Shown here: piece by piece, positions 49,625 through 59,404 of the stretch
How positions within the stretch are numbered: the first letter of the stretch is position 1
How the letters are laid out: each line of letters starts with the position of its first letter
From: Candidatus Omnitrophota bacterium
GTDB taxonomy: Bacteria > Omnitrophota > Gorgyraeia > Zapsychrales > JANLHA01
DNA length: 64,000 nucleotides
Reading direction: 5' to 3'
Assembly (NCBI GenBank): GCA_023143685.1
Contig: JAGLHE010000055.1
Location: forward strand, 14,984-78,983
The notes under the pieces: model-generated
The model's input: only the letters and a program-made list of their open reading frames with translations
What the model was told of the DNA's origin: nothing
Database searches by the model: none
Translations under genes and position numbers: made by a program

Positions 49625-49890
49625 ATAAAATCTTGCCTCTTGCTTGTTATTTATTGTCACATGGAAGAACTAAAAATGAAAATAAATATCATGGTAATTA
49701 AAATTGAAGAAGGCAAAATAAAAGGTGGCTCGTCCGTCACACAAAAGGAGTTCTAGAAGCCACAATACTTGATCAGACAAAAGAACAATTGCAAAAAGTC
49801 TAACAATGCACCACGACTGATTTTTATTACTTATCCTATTTAGGTTCGGACACTAGCAGAATTGCTCGCAAAATTTTTACATATTAATAT

Positions 49891-50436
49891 TTATGTATTA
49901 TTATCTTTCTTACGTAACGTCTTTTTTATTTTTAAAAAAGTTGCGTCAAAAGCAACAGAAGTAATTTTTGCAGTAACCTTATATAAATTCTTAGAATTAT
50001 TTGATATTAAAGACCCCGTATTAATTAAAATAGCTTTACCTGAATGCAAAGATTTCTTAATGATTTTAGATGGGGCTAAAGCTTTATTCTTTACAACTTC
50101 TATTCTTTGCTCAGCTCGTTGTTTTATCTCGGAAAGTTTACGGTAAATCTCCTCAATAACTGCCATCAGAATAAATCCAATAACAACAGAAAGCAAAAAA
50201 CACATTCCAATTAAAACATTTCCAAATACCTTGGGAATATCTACGTTAGAACCAATAGCACTAATTTTTGTTGTAAAGAATGAAAATAAAGATAAAAATA
50301 TAATCATAAAAAAACATATTCTAACAAGAGAAATAATTATTTTTCTAATTGGTTCTGGATATTTATCTATAACTTTTTTAACAGAATGATAGGATATCCC
50401 AATAAGAAAACCACGTATTAGCCCAGTAATTTTCAT
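49891..50436 (-). CDS. Hypothetical membrane protein
   Basis: Two to three TM segments; overlaps the upstream ORF stop. Confidence 0.5.
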   Translation of the reverse strand: MKITGLIRGFLIGISYHSVKKVIDKYPEPIRKIIISLVRICFFMIIFLSLFSFFTTKISAIGSNVDIPKVFGNVLIGMCFLLSVVIGFILMAVIEEIYRKLSEIKQRAEQRIEVVKNKALAPSKIIKKSLHSGKAILINTGSLISNNSKNLYKVTAKITSVAFDATFLKIKKTLRKKDNNT

Positions 50437-50618
50437 TTATTATTAGCCCTATTTCCTTTCCCTCTTTTCCGTCCCCCTAAATAACTAATTACATTACTTA
50501 TTATTACAAAAGTTAAAATTAAAGCAACTGCCCAGCCTGCTATAGGCAACATTATTAGAATTCCCCATAATATTGCAATTAACACAAGCGCAAAAAAAAT
50601 AACTCCAAATGAACTCAT
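50433..50618 (-). CDS. Small membrane protein
   Basis: AGGAGG RBS; hydrophobic with basic tail. Confidence 0.55.
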   Translation of the reverse strand: MSSFGVIFFALVLIAILWGILIMLPIAGWAVALILTFVIISNVISYLGGRKRGKGNRANNK

Positions 50619-50948
50619 TTTATCCCCTCCTAATTTGTTTTAATAACAAATATAATATATCCCACAATATATTTGGAGTAAAGCATTAATCCTAGGCTAA
50701 TTCCTAATATTTTCTTTATAAATACCTTAATGTTATTAAAGAAATATTGAAATAAGGGCTTGCTTTCTAACATATTGTGGATAGTGCCTTTCTGTGGACT
50801 GCTCTTCTACCAGACCACATCATTTGGATAACTTTTTAAGTTACCCACACAATCCACAACACTGCGACTAGTTTTATTTTAAACACACAGAATTTATATG
50901 ATCAGATAATAATTTAGGAATAATGACAAGAAAGGATTTTAAAAGACA

Positions 50949-51272
50949 TTACGACATTTGGAGAAACTTTACACCCTTCTCATCAATAACTTGAAGAAGA
51001 CGGCTGGCAGGACCATTGGGTTTATTTATATCTAATTCCCATTTTTGTATTGTGGTAGATTTGGTATTTAAAATATATGCAAGCACGCTTTGACTAACAT
51101 GTATTTTCCGTCTAATTCTTCGGATATCCCTTGCTGTATATGCTTTGGGCTGAGGATATTTCAACTTATTAAATTTCCGCATAGACTCAGAAACATCCAT
51201 CACCTCGGATAAACTGCTAAGTTCATCCTCAACAATTTTTCTTATTTCATCTTTATCTCTTCTCTGGCTCAT
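50949..51272 (-). CDS. XRE-HTH antitoxin (HigA-like)
   Basis: IRRIRRKIHVSQSVLA..TIQKWE..KPNGPASRLL. Confidence 0.88.
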   Translation of the reverse strand: MSQRRDKDEIRKIVEDELSSLSEVMDVSESMRKFNKLKYPQPKAYTARDIRRIRRKIHVSQSVLAYILNTKSTTIQKWELDINKPNGPASRLLQVIDEKGVKFLQMS

Positions 51273-51654
51273 AATGAATTTCCTCGAAAATATTCTTTTT
51301 TACTGCATTATTTATTATTTCTTCCGTAAATTTCTCATACTGCTGTGATAAAATCTTCAAATACTTAAATTCTTCTTTAGTTAAGTTCTCTTTATCTCCT
51401 TTTGAAAAGATATAGACTGCAATAGCCCATTTATCATTTTCCCAGAAGACAATATTTCGAAAACCTCCACTTTTTCCCTTACCTTCTTTGGCAACCCTAA
51501 CCTTATATAATTTTGCACCTAAGTTGTCTTTCTTGTGCTTATGAAAGTTTTCAAAAAGTTGCTTTGAATACTTAGCTTTATCAACTTTTTCATGCTTAAG
51601 CTCTTTCTTCAATTTAGTAACAAAAGAGCGATTCAGCAAATATCTTATTTTCAT
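51253..51654 (-). CDS. RelE/HigB-family toxin
   Basis: KVRVAKEGKGKSGGFR..FSKGDKENLT; toxin-first order. Confidence 0.88.
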   Translation of the reverse strand: MKIRYLLNRSFVTKLKKELKHEKVDKAKYSKQLFENFHKHKKDNLGAKLYKVRVAKEGKGKSGGFRNIVFWENDKWAIAVYIFSKGDKENLTKEEFKYLKILSQQYEKFTEEIINNAVKKNIFEEIHYEPEKR

Positions 51655-51754
51655 TCCTCTATCCTGTTTAAAGTATATCATCTAATCATACACTTTACAA
51701 ATATTAAATTAATGCCGTATTAATATTAGTTTCACAAAATTGCTAACAACAATA

Positions 51755-52702
51755 TTAAGGCTTATCATAAACTTTAACCGTAAATGATTGAAAACTTATT
51801 TTTTCAAAGCACTCCATAAAAAAAATCAACTTTTTAAAATAAATCTTCCTATCTTTTTCATTAACATGGAATATTGTATCAAAATTCTTCAAATCACCAC
51901 CGGCAAAAAAAGACATCCATGCAGACCACAAACAAATTGTTCGAGGCGAATGGCAACCTTTTAAACCGTCTAATGATGGTCCCATATATACAACTATTCC
52001 ATTTTCTTCTTTCCAGCAATCATTAAATTTCAACTTAAACTGATTCTCAAAAAAATAATTCCACAATCGCTCTATTACGGCGATATTTGAATTTGAACTA
52101 TATTTTTTTTCTATCGCCTCTTGAATTTTCAAAAGAAAATTATTTAATATCGTAATAATTTTTACAAGATACAAGCTATTTATCTGTAATTTCTCTTCTG
52201 CTTGTGCTCCAGCTTGCTTTAAGTAAGTTTCATTTGAAATTAGATCATTATGAATTAAACAATTCCTTCTTGCTATTGATTCTCTGATCTGCTCCCAATC
52301 GTTTCCCCCAAGGTCAATTTCTATTTGCAACAATTTGCGAACCTTCTTAATCTTATCTTTAATGCATCTATTTTCAATCTGCAAAAGATATTCTTCTAAG
52401 ATGTATTCTTTAAATTGTTTTTCCTCAAAATTGTTCCTGTTTTGTGCAAAACGCTTATCAATTAATATCTCTTTTACCTTTTTTGATGTTAAGATTTCAT
52501 AAGGCCTAGCCAGTAAATATTCTTTTATAGTATCGATTAAAGATGCTTCAAAATAGGCTAATATAAGAGGCAAAAATGATTTTAAGATTAATGAATTTTG
52601 ATTTGTTTGTAAGAGAGTAGCAATTTCGGATAGATTAGAAGTTTTCTTTTGAATATGACGAATTAGATTATCTTTTGTGAGCAGATCAACGTTTTCAAAC
52701 AT
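51755..52702 (-). CDS. Putative HEPN-domain RNase
   Basis: YFEASL and RRNCLIH (Rx4H) motif. Confidence 0.6.
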   Translation of the reverse strand: MFENVDLLTKDNLIRHIQKKTSNLSEIATLLQTNQNSLILKSFLPLILAYFEASLIDTIKEYLLARPYEILTSKKVKEILIDKRFAQNRNNFEEKQFKEYILEEYLLQIENRCIKDKIKKVRKLLQIEIDLGGNDWEQIRESIARRNCLIHNDLISNETYLKQAGAQAEEKLQINSLYLVKIITILNNFLLKIQEAIEKKYSSNSNIAVIERLWNYFFENQFKLKFNDCWKEENGIVVYMGPSLDGLKGCHSPRTICLWSAWMSFFAGGDLKNFDTIFHVNEKDRKIYFKKLIFFMECFEKISFQSFTVKVYDKP

Positions 52703-52917
52703 ATTTTACCTTTCTATTTTATGCCGAACAATTATTATACGATAGTCGCTTTTACTGGCTGTTTTGTTATCAATTACTAAAACACTAACATTTTTATCAA
52801 TTTTTGTCCATTTTTCGGACATTTTTATTATATTCCGTTATAAAGTATCACTTTAAAATATTAGCAAATATTGCGACTGTCCTACGACATAAAATTTTTG
52901 CAATACTGAACATAAAC

Positions 52918-53526
52918 TTAAATTTCTACACTTCCATTAAAACCCACTTCAACCTCCCCAAGAAGCTCACCAAACCGTGCCAGTTGCATCCTTTCTTCTC
53001 CCTGTCGAATAATGTCCAATAATTTACGAAGAGGGAAAAGTTTAACAATAACAGGGTCTTCTTTATTATTTCTTAAGAATTTTTTGATGGGCTTTGGAAG
53101 ACTCAAAATTCTGAGAAGCTTGGCGATATAAGACCAATCTTCTCCTGTGATCTTGGAAAGACCACGAACAGTATTAATTCCATGTGCTTCTTTTAATCTC
53201 AGATAATATTCTGCCTTATCCAGAGGGAAATACTCTAAACGGTTAAGATGCGATTGATGCTTTTTCCAAACCTTTTGTTCTATTGTTTCAATATGAGTTA
53301 AATCTTCGGGGCGGTATCCCATGCAGAATTTCTGCCTGCGACTTTTTATAATTATATAGAAGGGGAATTCTGTCCAGTATGTTCTAGGCTGTATTTTTTC
53401 GTATCTTTGCACATATCTTATATATTCGAACATTTCTGCAGAATTAAACCCTATCACTTCCTTTTCAGGCAAAAGAAAACCTTCGTGCAAACCGTTTTTG
53501 TGGCACAGTTCGCACGAAGGTAACAT
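52918..53526 (-). CDS. ParB/Spo0J-like HTH protein, paralog 2 (start uncertain)
   Basis: KAEYYLRL..GLSKITGEDWSYIAKLLRILSLP; strongly similar to the 56659 ORF. Confidence 0.6.
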   Translation of the reverse strand: MLPSCELCHKNGLHEGFLLPEKEVIGFNSAEMFEYIRYVQRYEKIQPRTYWTEFPFYIIIKSRRQKFCMGYRPEDLTHIETIEQKVWKKHQSHLNRLEYFPLDKAEYYLRLKEAHGINTVRGLSKITGEDWSYIAKLLRILSLPKPIKKFLRNNKEDPVIVKLFPLRKLLDIIRQGEERMQLARFGELLGEVEVGFNGSVEI

Positions 53527-53527
53527 A

Positions 53528-53573
53528 TGGGGTGGATGACTGGTAGTAGAAACCGCGCCCTTCTGAGCCACAA
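53528..53573 (-). repeat. Degenerate tRNA-His 3' half (att site)
   Basis: Aligns with 57265-57309 from CCA to the anticodon loop. Confidence 0.8.
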
Positions 53574-53661
53574 GTAAAAATCATTTTTTTAAAGTCTCCT
53601 GCCATATACTCTGATATATTAACTCCCGCAATATATTCTCTGCTTATCTCTCTCAATAACT

Positions 53662-54894
53662 TTAGTTCACATTCATTGGCTTTAATTTATCTTCAAGGCT
53701 TAAATGATATGCATGATAATCTGGGCTATCTTCTTCATTATCCATGCGACAGTGCTCAAAAGACCTTCCTCTACGCTTTGGACCGAACACTCTGGCAAAC
53801 TCACCTTGAAACGCAAGAAAGGTATTCCAGTCCTTATCATGTCGTTGTTTATCATTATAATCTTTATGCCAAGGTTTTCGTCCATATTCATCAAAAAAAT
53901 CAGCTCGCTTATTATCATACCCAATAATTATCTCACTCGAAAAAGTAACTGATCTTGGATCTGGCATTAAAAGATAACCATTACCTAGCTTATCCCATTC
54001 TCGATAAGGAATAACTTCTTCCGGGTAAAGCCATTCTTTTTTTGCTGCCGCTACATACCTATACGCTCTTTTCTTTACGATATAATTTATCTCATTTACT
54101 TCGATTTCTGATAACATTCTTTTAGTTTGAATTTGAGTAAAATTAAACATAGCCGACCTAAACATATTGGGATGTGGCCTAAGGACTCTTGGATTCTCGT
54201 AAGGATTTCTAATCCATGATAGATTAGTTAGTATAAGCATTTTATTCAAACTTAATGGGAACAATGTATGTGTTCCCATAAAAGCTATGTCCGGATCTCT
54301 ATGCCTGAGGCACCATTTCGAATTTGGTAAGCAACTTTTATTATATACTGTAACAGGATGATCAGAAATTATAAATTTGGTATCTGAGTCAGAAGCATCG
54401 ACTATGTTCCAAATACATTCAGTCCATAAAGCACAAAAAAGTTGACGAAACTCCTGCATTTTAAACAGTACAAGGTTCTTATCAGATAACCTTACAATTT
54501 CGCCTAACCAATTAAGACCTTTTAAAGTACGTAACTTTTGAATGCTCATGTACAGTAACAGATTTCTAAATGCATCACCATCAACACTTGGATGCTCAAA
54601 ATTCGTGAAGTATTCTATAGACTCCCTCCCGGAAGAGTCTATCTGACCAAAAAATTTTTGTTCTATTTCAGTTGATTCCCAGTTCCCAAAAGCTGTTGTA
54701 TATAAATCATCGACACAAAAACAACTTCGCGGTCCCCACCGAAGCAAAGCTTTCCGTGCGTACATTCCCTTTTTTGTCGATTTTCGCTCAGGATTAAGGT
54801 CTAAATAATAATACTTCTTTTCCTTATAGTCTTCAGGAATAAACCGATATTGGTACCACTTCGGCACATAATGATTTCTTGTGTACTCTGCCAA
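53662..54894 (-). CDS. DUF4238-domain protein
   Basis: NHYVPKWY..F, FIISDHPV, FPLS. Confidence 0.78.
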   Translation of the reverse strand: MAEYTRNHYVPKWYQYRFIPEDYKEKKYYYLDLNPERKSTKKGMYARKALLRWGPRSCFCVDDLYTTAFGNWESTEIEQKFFGQIDSSGRESIEYFTNFEHPSVDGDAFRNLLLYMSIQKLRTLKGLNWLGEIVRLSDKNLVLFKMQEFRQLFCALWTECIWNIVDASDSDTKFIISDHPVTVYNKSCLPNSKWCLRHRDPDIAFMGTHTLFPLSLNKMLILTNLSWIRNPYENPRVLRPHPNMFRSAMFNFTQIQTKRMLSEIEVNEINYIVKKRAYRYVAAAKKEWLYPEEVIPYREWDKLGNGYLLMPDPRSVTFSSEIIIGYDNKRADFFDEYGRKPWHKDYNDKQRHDKDWNTFLAFQGEFARVFGPKRRGRSFEHCRMDNEEDSPDYHAYHLSLEDKLKPMNVN

Positions 54895-54988
54895 CTTCTT
54901 CTCTCTCCCATTTATTGTTACTTATACCCCACCAACCACCCCGTCCGACCTGAACAAGGCGATCCCCATTAAAAACAATTCAATAAAT

Positions 54989-55804
54989 CTATCCTAACAA
55001 TTGTGCAATCCTCTCGAAAGCATCTTCCCGGACATTGCTAATAAAATAATCCGTTCCGTTTTCCCGCTCAACAGCAACCGGGCCTTTGTCATCTTTGTGC
55101 GCGAAAAAGGCTTTGATGTTGCTAAGAACCTTTTTGCCTTCCTTGCGATTTTCGATAAACTCTTTGACCTCATTCACCATCTTTGTTTTATCCGGGCAGA
55201 AGCGCAGCATAAAATAGACATAATAAAGGTCTTTTCGCTTTTTGTCCTCGTTTTCACGCAAGACAAAGGTAAGCAATTTATGAAAAACGAATACCGATTC
55301 TGTCGGGATCTGAACCTCCTGTGAGAAAAATTCGATCTTCCTGGTATATTCAAGTACAATTTCAAAATGTTTAATAGTGTTGAGTACAATCTCTTTGCCA
55401 ATCAGCTTCTCATGGATATGCTTTGGAGGATTCAGCACAGTAATAAATTCTACCTCTGCCTTTTCATTAGCCTCTTTGCCTTTGACAACTGGAACAAACG
55501 GCACCATCCTGCCCATATCTACGTGGCGTTCACTATATCCCAATTTTCTAACCCGATCAGCAATAGATTCATCACCATTATAACTTACCAATGTTACGCC
55601 AAAATCCATATCGGTCGTAGTCAGCGGTGTTGAAGATTGTAAAACGCCTGTTCCCAGACCTTGTCCAGTTAATTCTTTGGGCCAGACATGCTTTTGATAT
55701 AAATATGGAATCCACCCGCCAACCAGTACAAGATAAGGTAAAAAGTCACTTAGATCATCAATAACCTTGCGTAACAATTTTTCTGTTGGATAACCTTCAA
55801 CCAA
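54989..55804 (-). CDS. AbiEii-like nucleotidyltransferase toxin (type IV TA)
   Basis: LVLVGGW, TTDMDF, HKL, KRKDLY. Confidence 0.8.
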   Translation of the reverse strand: MVEGYPTEKLLRKVIDDLSDFLPYLVLVGGWIPYLYQKHVWPKELTGQGLGTGVLQSSTPLTTTDMDFGVTLVSYNGDESIADRVRKLGYSERHVDMGRMVPFVPVVKGKEANEKAEVEFITVLNPPKHIHEKLIGKEIVLNTIKHFEIVLEYTRKIEFFSQEVQIPTESVFVFHKLLTFVLRENEDKKRKDLYYVYFMLRFCPDKTKMVNEVKEFIENRKEGKKVLSNIKAFFAHKDDKGPVAVERENGTDYFISNVREDAFERIAQLLG

Positions 55805-56468
55805 TTTCCACCTCTTTCTCTTTGAGGACTTTTAATAAATAGTCAGCGTGTTCTCGACCTCGTTGAGGAAAATGATATAAATCCAAATAAAGTTGAAGAT
55901 TTGAAACAACGGATAGCCCTTTTATTTTCTGTTTGTGAAAAAAAACCGAGTTTTTGTAATATGGTTTGATAAAACAGATATTGCCGCCTCTTTTTAATTC
56001 TTTTAAATCCAACGCCTGCCGGATTTCCAGAGACATTTCTTTGAAACAGTGACTATCCAAATAACAGTACGTCACCGGGGTATTGACATAATTACTGATT
56101 AAATTGGCTCCAGTATGAAGGGTTAAAGCGTATTTGTCTTCCCATTTTCTATTTTCCAGGAAAACTTTCATTGTCTTTAAAATGTCACTTTCACTGTAAT
56201 ATAGATGGTTTTCGTTAAGTTCAAAATTGTAAACCCGAAGCCATTCATTGATCAAGCCTTCTTTGTCAGTGAGTTGGCTGTATGCCTTCCTACCGGATGT
56301 GACCCCTCCTACAAAGCCTTTTTTCCTTAATTCCGCTAATACTTGGGCTGCCCGGCTCCTGCCCACATTAAATTCAGCTTCGAAATCACGGACCGTCCAC
56401 TTGCGCTGCGGCTCTGCAAGCATAGCCCGAATAACTACCGTGGCTTTATCACTAAAAATAGATTTCAT
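55797..56468 (-). CDS. AbiEi-like antitoxin
   Basis: N-terminal wHTH; VSNLQLYLDL..RGREHA. Confidence 0.82.
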   Translation of the reverse strand: MKSIFSDKATVVIRAMLAEPQRKWTVRDFEAEFNVGRSRAAQVLAELRKKGFVGGVTSGRKAYSQLTDKEGLINEWLRVYNFELNENHLYYSESDILKTMKVFLENRKWEDKYALTLHTGANLISNYVNTPVTYCYLDSHCFKEMSLEIRQALDLKELKRGGNICFIKPYYKNSVFFHKQKIKGLSVVSNLQLYLDLYHFPQRGREHADYLLKVLKEKEVEIG

Positions 56469-56509
56469 AACGACTTCCCTTCCAAGAGTAAATGTCTACT
56501 TATTATAAT

Positions 56510-56573
56510 TGTCCGATATTTAACGGACATATCAACATAATGGACATTATGACATTTATTAAAACAATGTCAA
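56510..56573 (-). promoter_or_regulatory. abiE promoter with overlapping inverted repeats
   Basis: TTGACA-16-CATAAT; IRs TGTCCG-N8-CGGACA and TGACATT-N9-AATGTCA. Confidence 0.55.
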
Positions 56574-56658
56574 GATTTTGATTGTTATATTCATTTTCCA
56601 TTTGTTTCACCTTCAATGAATTTACCCGGACTTTAATATGACAAATATTCTTACATTG

Positions 56659-57264
56659 TCAAATTCTTACATCTATCAGCCCCTGTTCTTCCATGAACTC
56701 TCGAAAACGAATTATTTGAAGCGATTCTTCGCCCTGCCGGACAATATCTAACAATATTTTGAAATTGAAAAGCTTTACAACAGAAGGATCACTTTTATTA
56801 TTGCGGAGAAAATCCTTGATCTGTTCCGGCAAACCCAAGAGTCTAAGAACCTTGGCGATATATGACCACTCTTCACCTGTAATCGCGGAAAGGCCACGAA
56901 CCGTATTTACGCCATGAGCCTCTTTCAGCCTCAAATATAGTTCAGCTTTATCAAGAGGAAACCGATCTAAACGGTTAAGAAAGCCTTGATGCTTTTTCAA
57001 GGCTTTCTGGTTAATAGTATCAATATGGGCAAGGTCTTCCGGGCGATAGCCAAAACGGAAATGCTTCTTATGATTTTCCATAGCAAAATAAAAAGGGAAT
57101 TCACACCAATACGTGCGGGGTGGAATAGTAGCGTATCGCTGAATATAACGGACATATTCCAGCATTTCTTCAGAAGAGAATTCTACGTAGTCTTTGCTCT
57201 CTAAAGAAAAACTCCCACACGAGCTGTGGCACACAAGTGCGCCGGTTCGCGTGGGAGTAACATA
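56659..57264 (-). CDS. ParB/Spo0J-like HTH protein, paralog 1 (start uncertain; ORF is open into the tRNA)
   Basis: KAELYLRL..GLSAITGEEWSYIAKVLRLLGLP. Confidence 0.6.
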   Translation of the reverse strand, partial: YVTPTRTGALVCHSSCGSFSLESKDYVEFSSEEMLEYVRYIQRYATIPPRTYWCEFPFYFAMENHKKHFRFGYRPEDLAHIDTINQKALKKHQGFLNRLDRFPLDKAELYLRLKEAHGVNTVRGLSAITGEEWSYIAKVLRLLGLPEQIKDFLRNNKSDPSVVKLFNFKILLDIVRQGEESLQIIRFREFMEEQGLIDVRI

Positions 57265-57340
57265 TGGGGTGGATGACGGGATTTGAACCCGCGACCGCCT
57301 GAACCACAATCAGGAGCGCTACCACTGCGCTACATCCACC
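57265..57340 (-). tRNA. tRNA-His(GUG) with encoded G-1 and CCA
   Basis: Cloverleaf GGTGGATGTAGCGCAG..TTGTGGT..GGTTCAAATCC..CATCCACCCCA. Confidence 0.96.
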
Positions 57341-57456
57341 ATATTATAGTTATAAATTCTTAGTGATAAATGGTCGGTAAAGAGACATCATTTTACCAAA
57401 AAATCCCATATCAGCAAGTAGTTCTTTCTCACAAACAACCCCTCGCTATCAAAAAA

Positions 57457-58506
57457 CTACTCTTCCCTAATCAAGCTCTTCCCAAATGCCTCAAATTGCT
57501 TGCCTATACTCTTTAATTCATCCTTAACATTCCCGGAACTGTCTTTTCCATATCCAACCGTACCTTTCATTGCCACCGCACCAACTTTAAAATCATCCAT
57601 TTCCGTCTTAAAAGAAAAATTCATCCCCACGTCTACGCCAAACGCCCCCAATGCATCTAAAACCACCCCTGCCCCTGATTCTTCACGATCAATCATCTTG
57701 GACTGCCGCCCCATTTGGGCAAGCTTAACACTCCCTGTCACGACCATATCATTTGCAATAGATTTAAAGTCTGCCGCCAACCCCACACGCCCGTCATTTC
57801 CAATCAGCGCCAAGGTCGCATCCATATCTTTCTTTAAAAAATTTACCCTTCCTTGCCCTTTAACACGACTGCCTAAAAACGGGATATCCTCGCCACCCAC
57901 AACTCCCTGGACTTGAAAACATGTTTCATCAGCCTGTAGAGGATACGACAATGCATGCGCTGTCAAGCTAACCTTCTGCGCTTCAGGCTGCCATCCCTTT
58001 TCAGGAAAAAATCCCTTAAATTGTATTTGCCCGTTTTTTACCGCTAAATGTTTGACAATAATTTGCTTCTTTACTTTCGTCTCTGTTTTTCCTTTATCTT
58101 CTGAAAGGTATTTTTTTTCGTTACTAAAAACGAGCACATCTTTTACTGCGGTGATTTCCGGCACCACTTCGAATGGCTGCGCTTTGGGCAAATCCCTTTG
58201 CGTGATAACAATATCAGGGTTGATAACCTTTACTTCAGATAAAACAATTTTTTGCGGCCCGCCCCCTGCCAGCTGTATAACAACCTTCTCGATTTGTCCA
58301 ATATCCTTTACATCAATACCGTCGACCCTAACCCCAAAAGGAAACAGAAACTGCACGCCCTTAACCGTTACCGTCTTTTGTAAGGCCTGGCTTAATGTTG
58401 ATTCCACCATTCGCTTGCCATACAGATTGACCACCACCGAGGCCGCCCAGAAAACAACAATAATGAAAACAAAAAGACCAATAAATATTTTAGAAATTCT
58501 TTTCAT
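57457..58506 (-). CDS. AsmA/DUF748-like envelope protein
   Basis: N-terminal TM, LSQALQKTVTVKGV, beta-rich. Confidence 0.6.
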   Translation of the reverse strand: MKRISKIFIGLFVFIIVVFWAASVVVNLYGKRMVESTLSQALQKTVTVKGVQFLFPFGVRVDGIDVKDIGQIEKVVIQLAGGGPQKIVLSEVKVINPDIVITQRDLPKAQPFEVVPEITAVKDVLVFSNEKKYLSEDKGKTETKVKKQIIVKHLAVKNGQIQFKGFFPEKGWQPEAQKVSLTAHALSYPLQADETCFQVQGVVGGEDIPFLGSRVKGQGRVNFLKKDMDATLALIGNDGRVGLAADFKSIANDMVVTGSVKLAQMGRQSKMIDREESGAGVVLDALGAFGVDVGMNFSFKTEMDDFKVGAVAMKGTVGYGKDSSGNVKDELKSIGKQFEAFGKSLIREE

Positions 58507-58571
58507 AATAAAAAAACGCGCCCAGGACGATTCGAACGTCCGACCCTTGGCTTAGAAGGCTGTTGCTCTAT
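58507..58571 (-). repeat. Duplicated tRNA-Arg 3' part (att site)
   Basis: 58507-58547 identical to 59254-59294, then degenerate to the D arm. Confidence 0.88.
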
Positions 58572-58721
58572 TACCCAAGGCACTCAACAAATTACATATA
58601 AATTATTAAATAACAACGACTTACGGTAAAACAAAAAATGGGCTATTCAGCCCAAAAACCTCAAGTGTCCAACCTTAAGAAAAACTTATCTTGTCTCACT
58701 TACCGCCAACTATCCTAATTC

Positions 58722-59243
58722 TTAAAAATCTCCAGACTTTCCCGCTCCGCCAAAATTCCCCCCACCGAACGGTGTCACCCCAAACGGACTTACTCCATAT
58801 CCAGCCGCACCTGAACGTGGAACGACTTTAAGTTCTTGTTGCATTTCTATTATCCCTCGCCGCAATCTTTCCTTCTCCTCTTCACTTAAATCTAAATTCT
58901 TCAATCTTTGCTGTTGTTTTTCTTTCGCATCCTCAATATCTTTGTATTCTTTATTTACTAACTCAAGAAACGACATCCATTTCTCTCTTAATTTCTCATC
59001 TTCTGTCACTGCAATAAAATATCTTGCTAAATTACGTCGTGTAGCAACATTTGAGCTCAAAGCGTATTCGACATATCGACCAAACTCAGCCATTTTCTGC
59101 AACTCTAATCTTTGCTGTTGTATATCATTACTAATACTATTACCAGCATACGCGACTATTATCGCACAAATGATAGCACTTACAAATTTTAACCAATGCC
59201 CCAACCTCTCATCACTCCCGGGAAAACTGAAACCCATAATCAT
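58722..59243 (-). CDS. Hypothetical TM/coiled-coil protein with Gly/Phe-rich tail
   Basis: Only ORF between tRNA-Arg and its duplicate. Confidence 0.65.
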   Translation of the reverse strand: MIMGFSFPGSDERLGHWLKFVSAIICAIIVAYAGNSISNDIQQQRLELQKMAEFGRYVEYALSSNVATRRNLARYFIAVTEDEKLREKWMSFLELVNKEYKDIEDAKEKQQQRLKNLDLSEEEKERLRRGIIEMQQELKVVPRSGAAGYGVSPFGVTPFGGGNFGGAGKSGDF

Positions 59244-59263
59244 ATTCCTTAAAAATAAAAAAA

Positions 59264-59337
59264 CGCGCCCAGGACGATTCGAACGTCCGACCCTCGCCTT
59301 AGAAGGGCGATGCTCTATCCAGCTGAGCTATGGGCGC
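59264..59337 (-). tRNA. tRNA-Arg(UCU), CCA not encoded
   Basis: GCGCCCATAGCTCAG..TCGCC-CTTCTAA-GGCGA..GTTCGAATC..TGGGCGCG. Confidence 0.95.
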
Positions 59338-59404
59338 ATATCTCACAAATTTTAATTATATAGTTATAACAAAATAAAATAATTATGTAAACCACCAAAC
59401 AATT

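Larger units (their letters stand above)
45732..57340. mobile_element. Composite tRNA-His genomic/defence island, no integrase in window
   Basis: tRNA-His at the right end, degenerate tRNA 3' half at 53528, att-like repeats at the left end, TA/defence cargo. Confidence 0.75.

Noticed and set aside
56659-57309. ORF-track start inside tRNA-His
   Set aside because: The first 15 codons are tRNA sequence; the true start is unresolved
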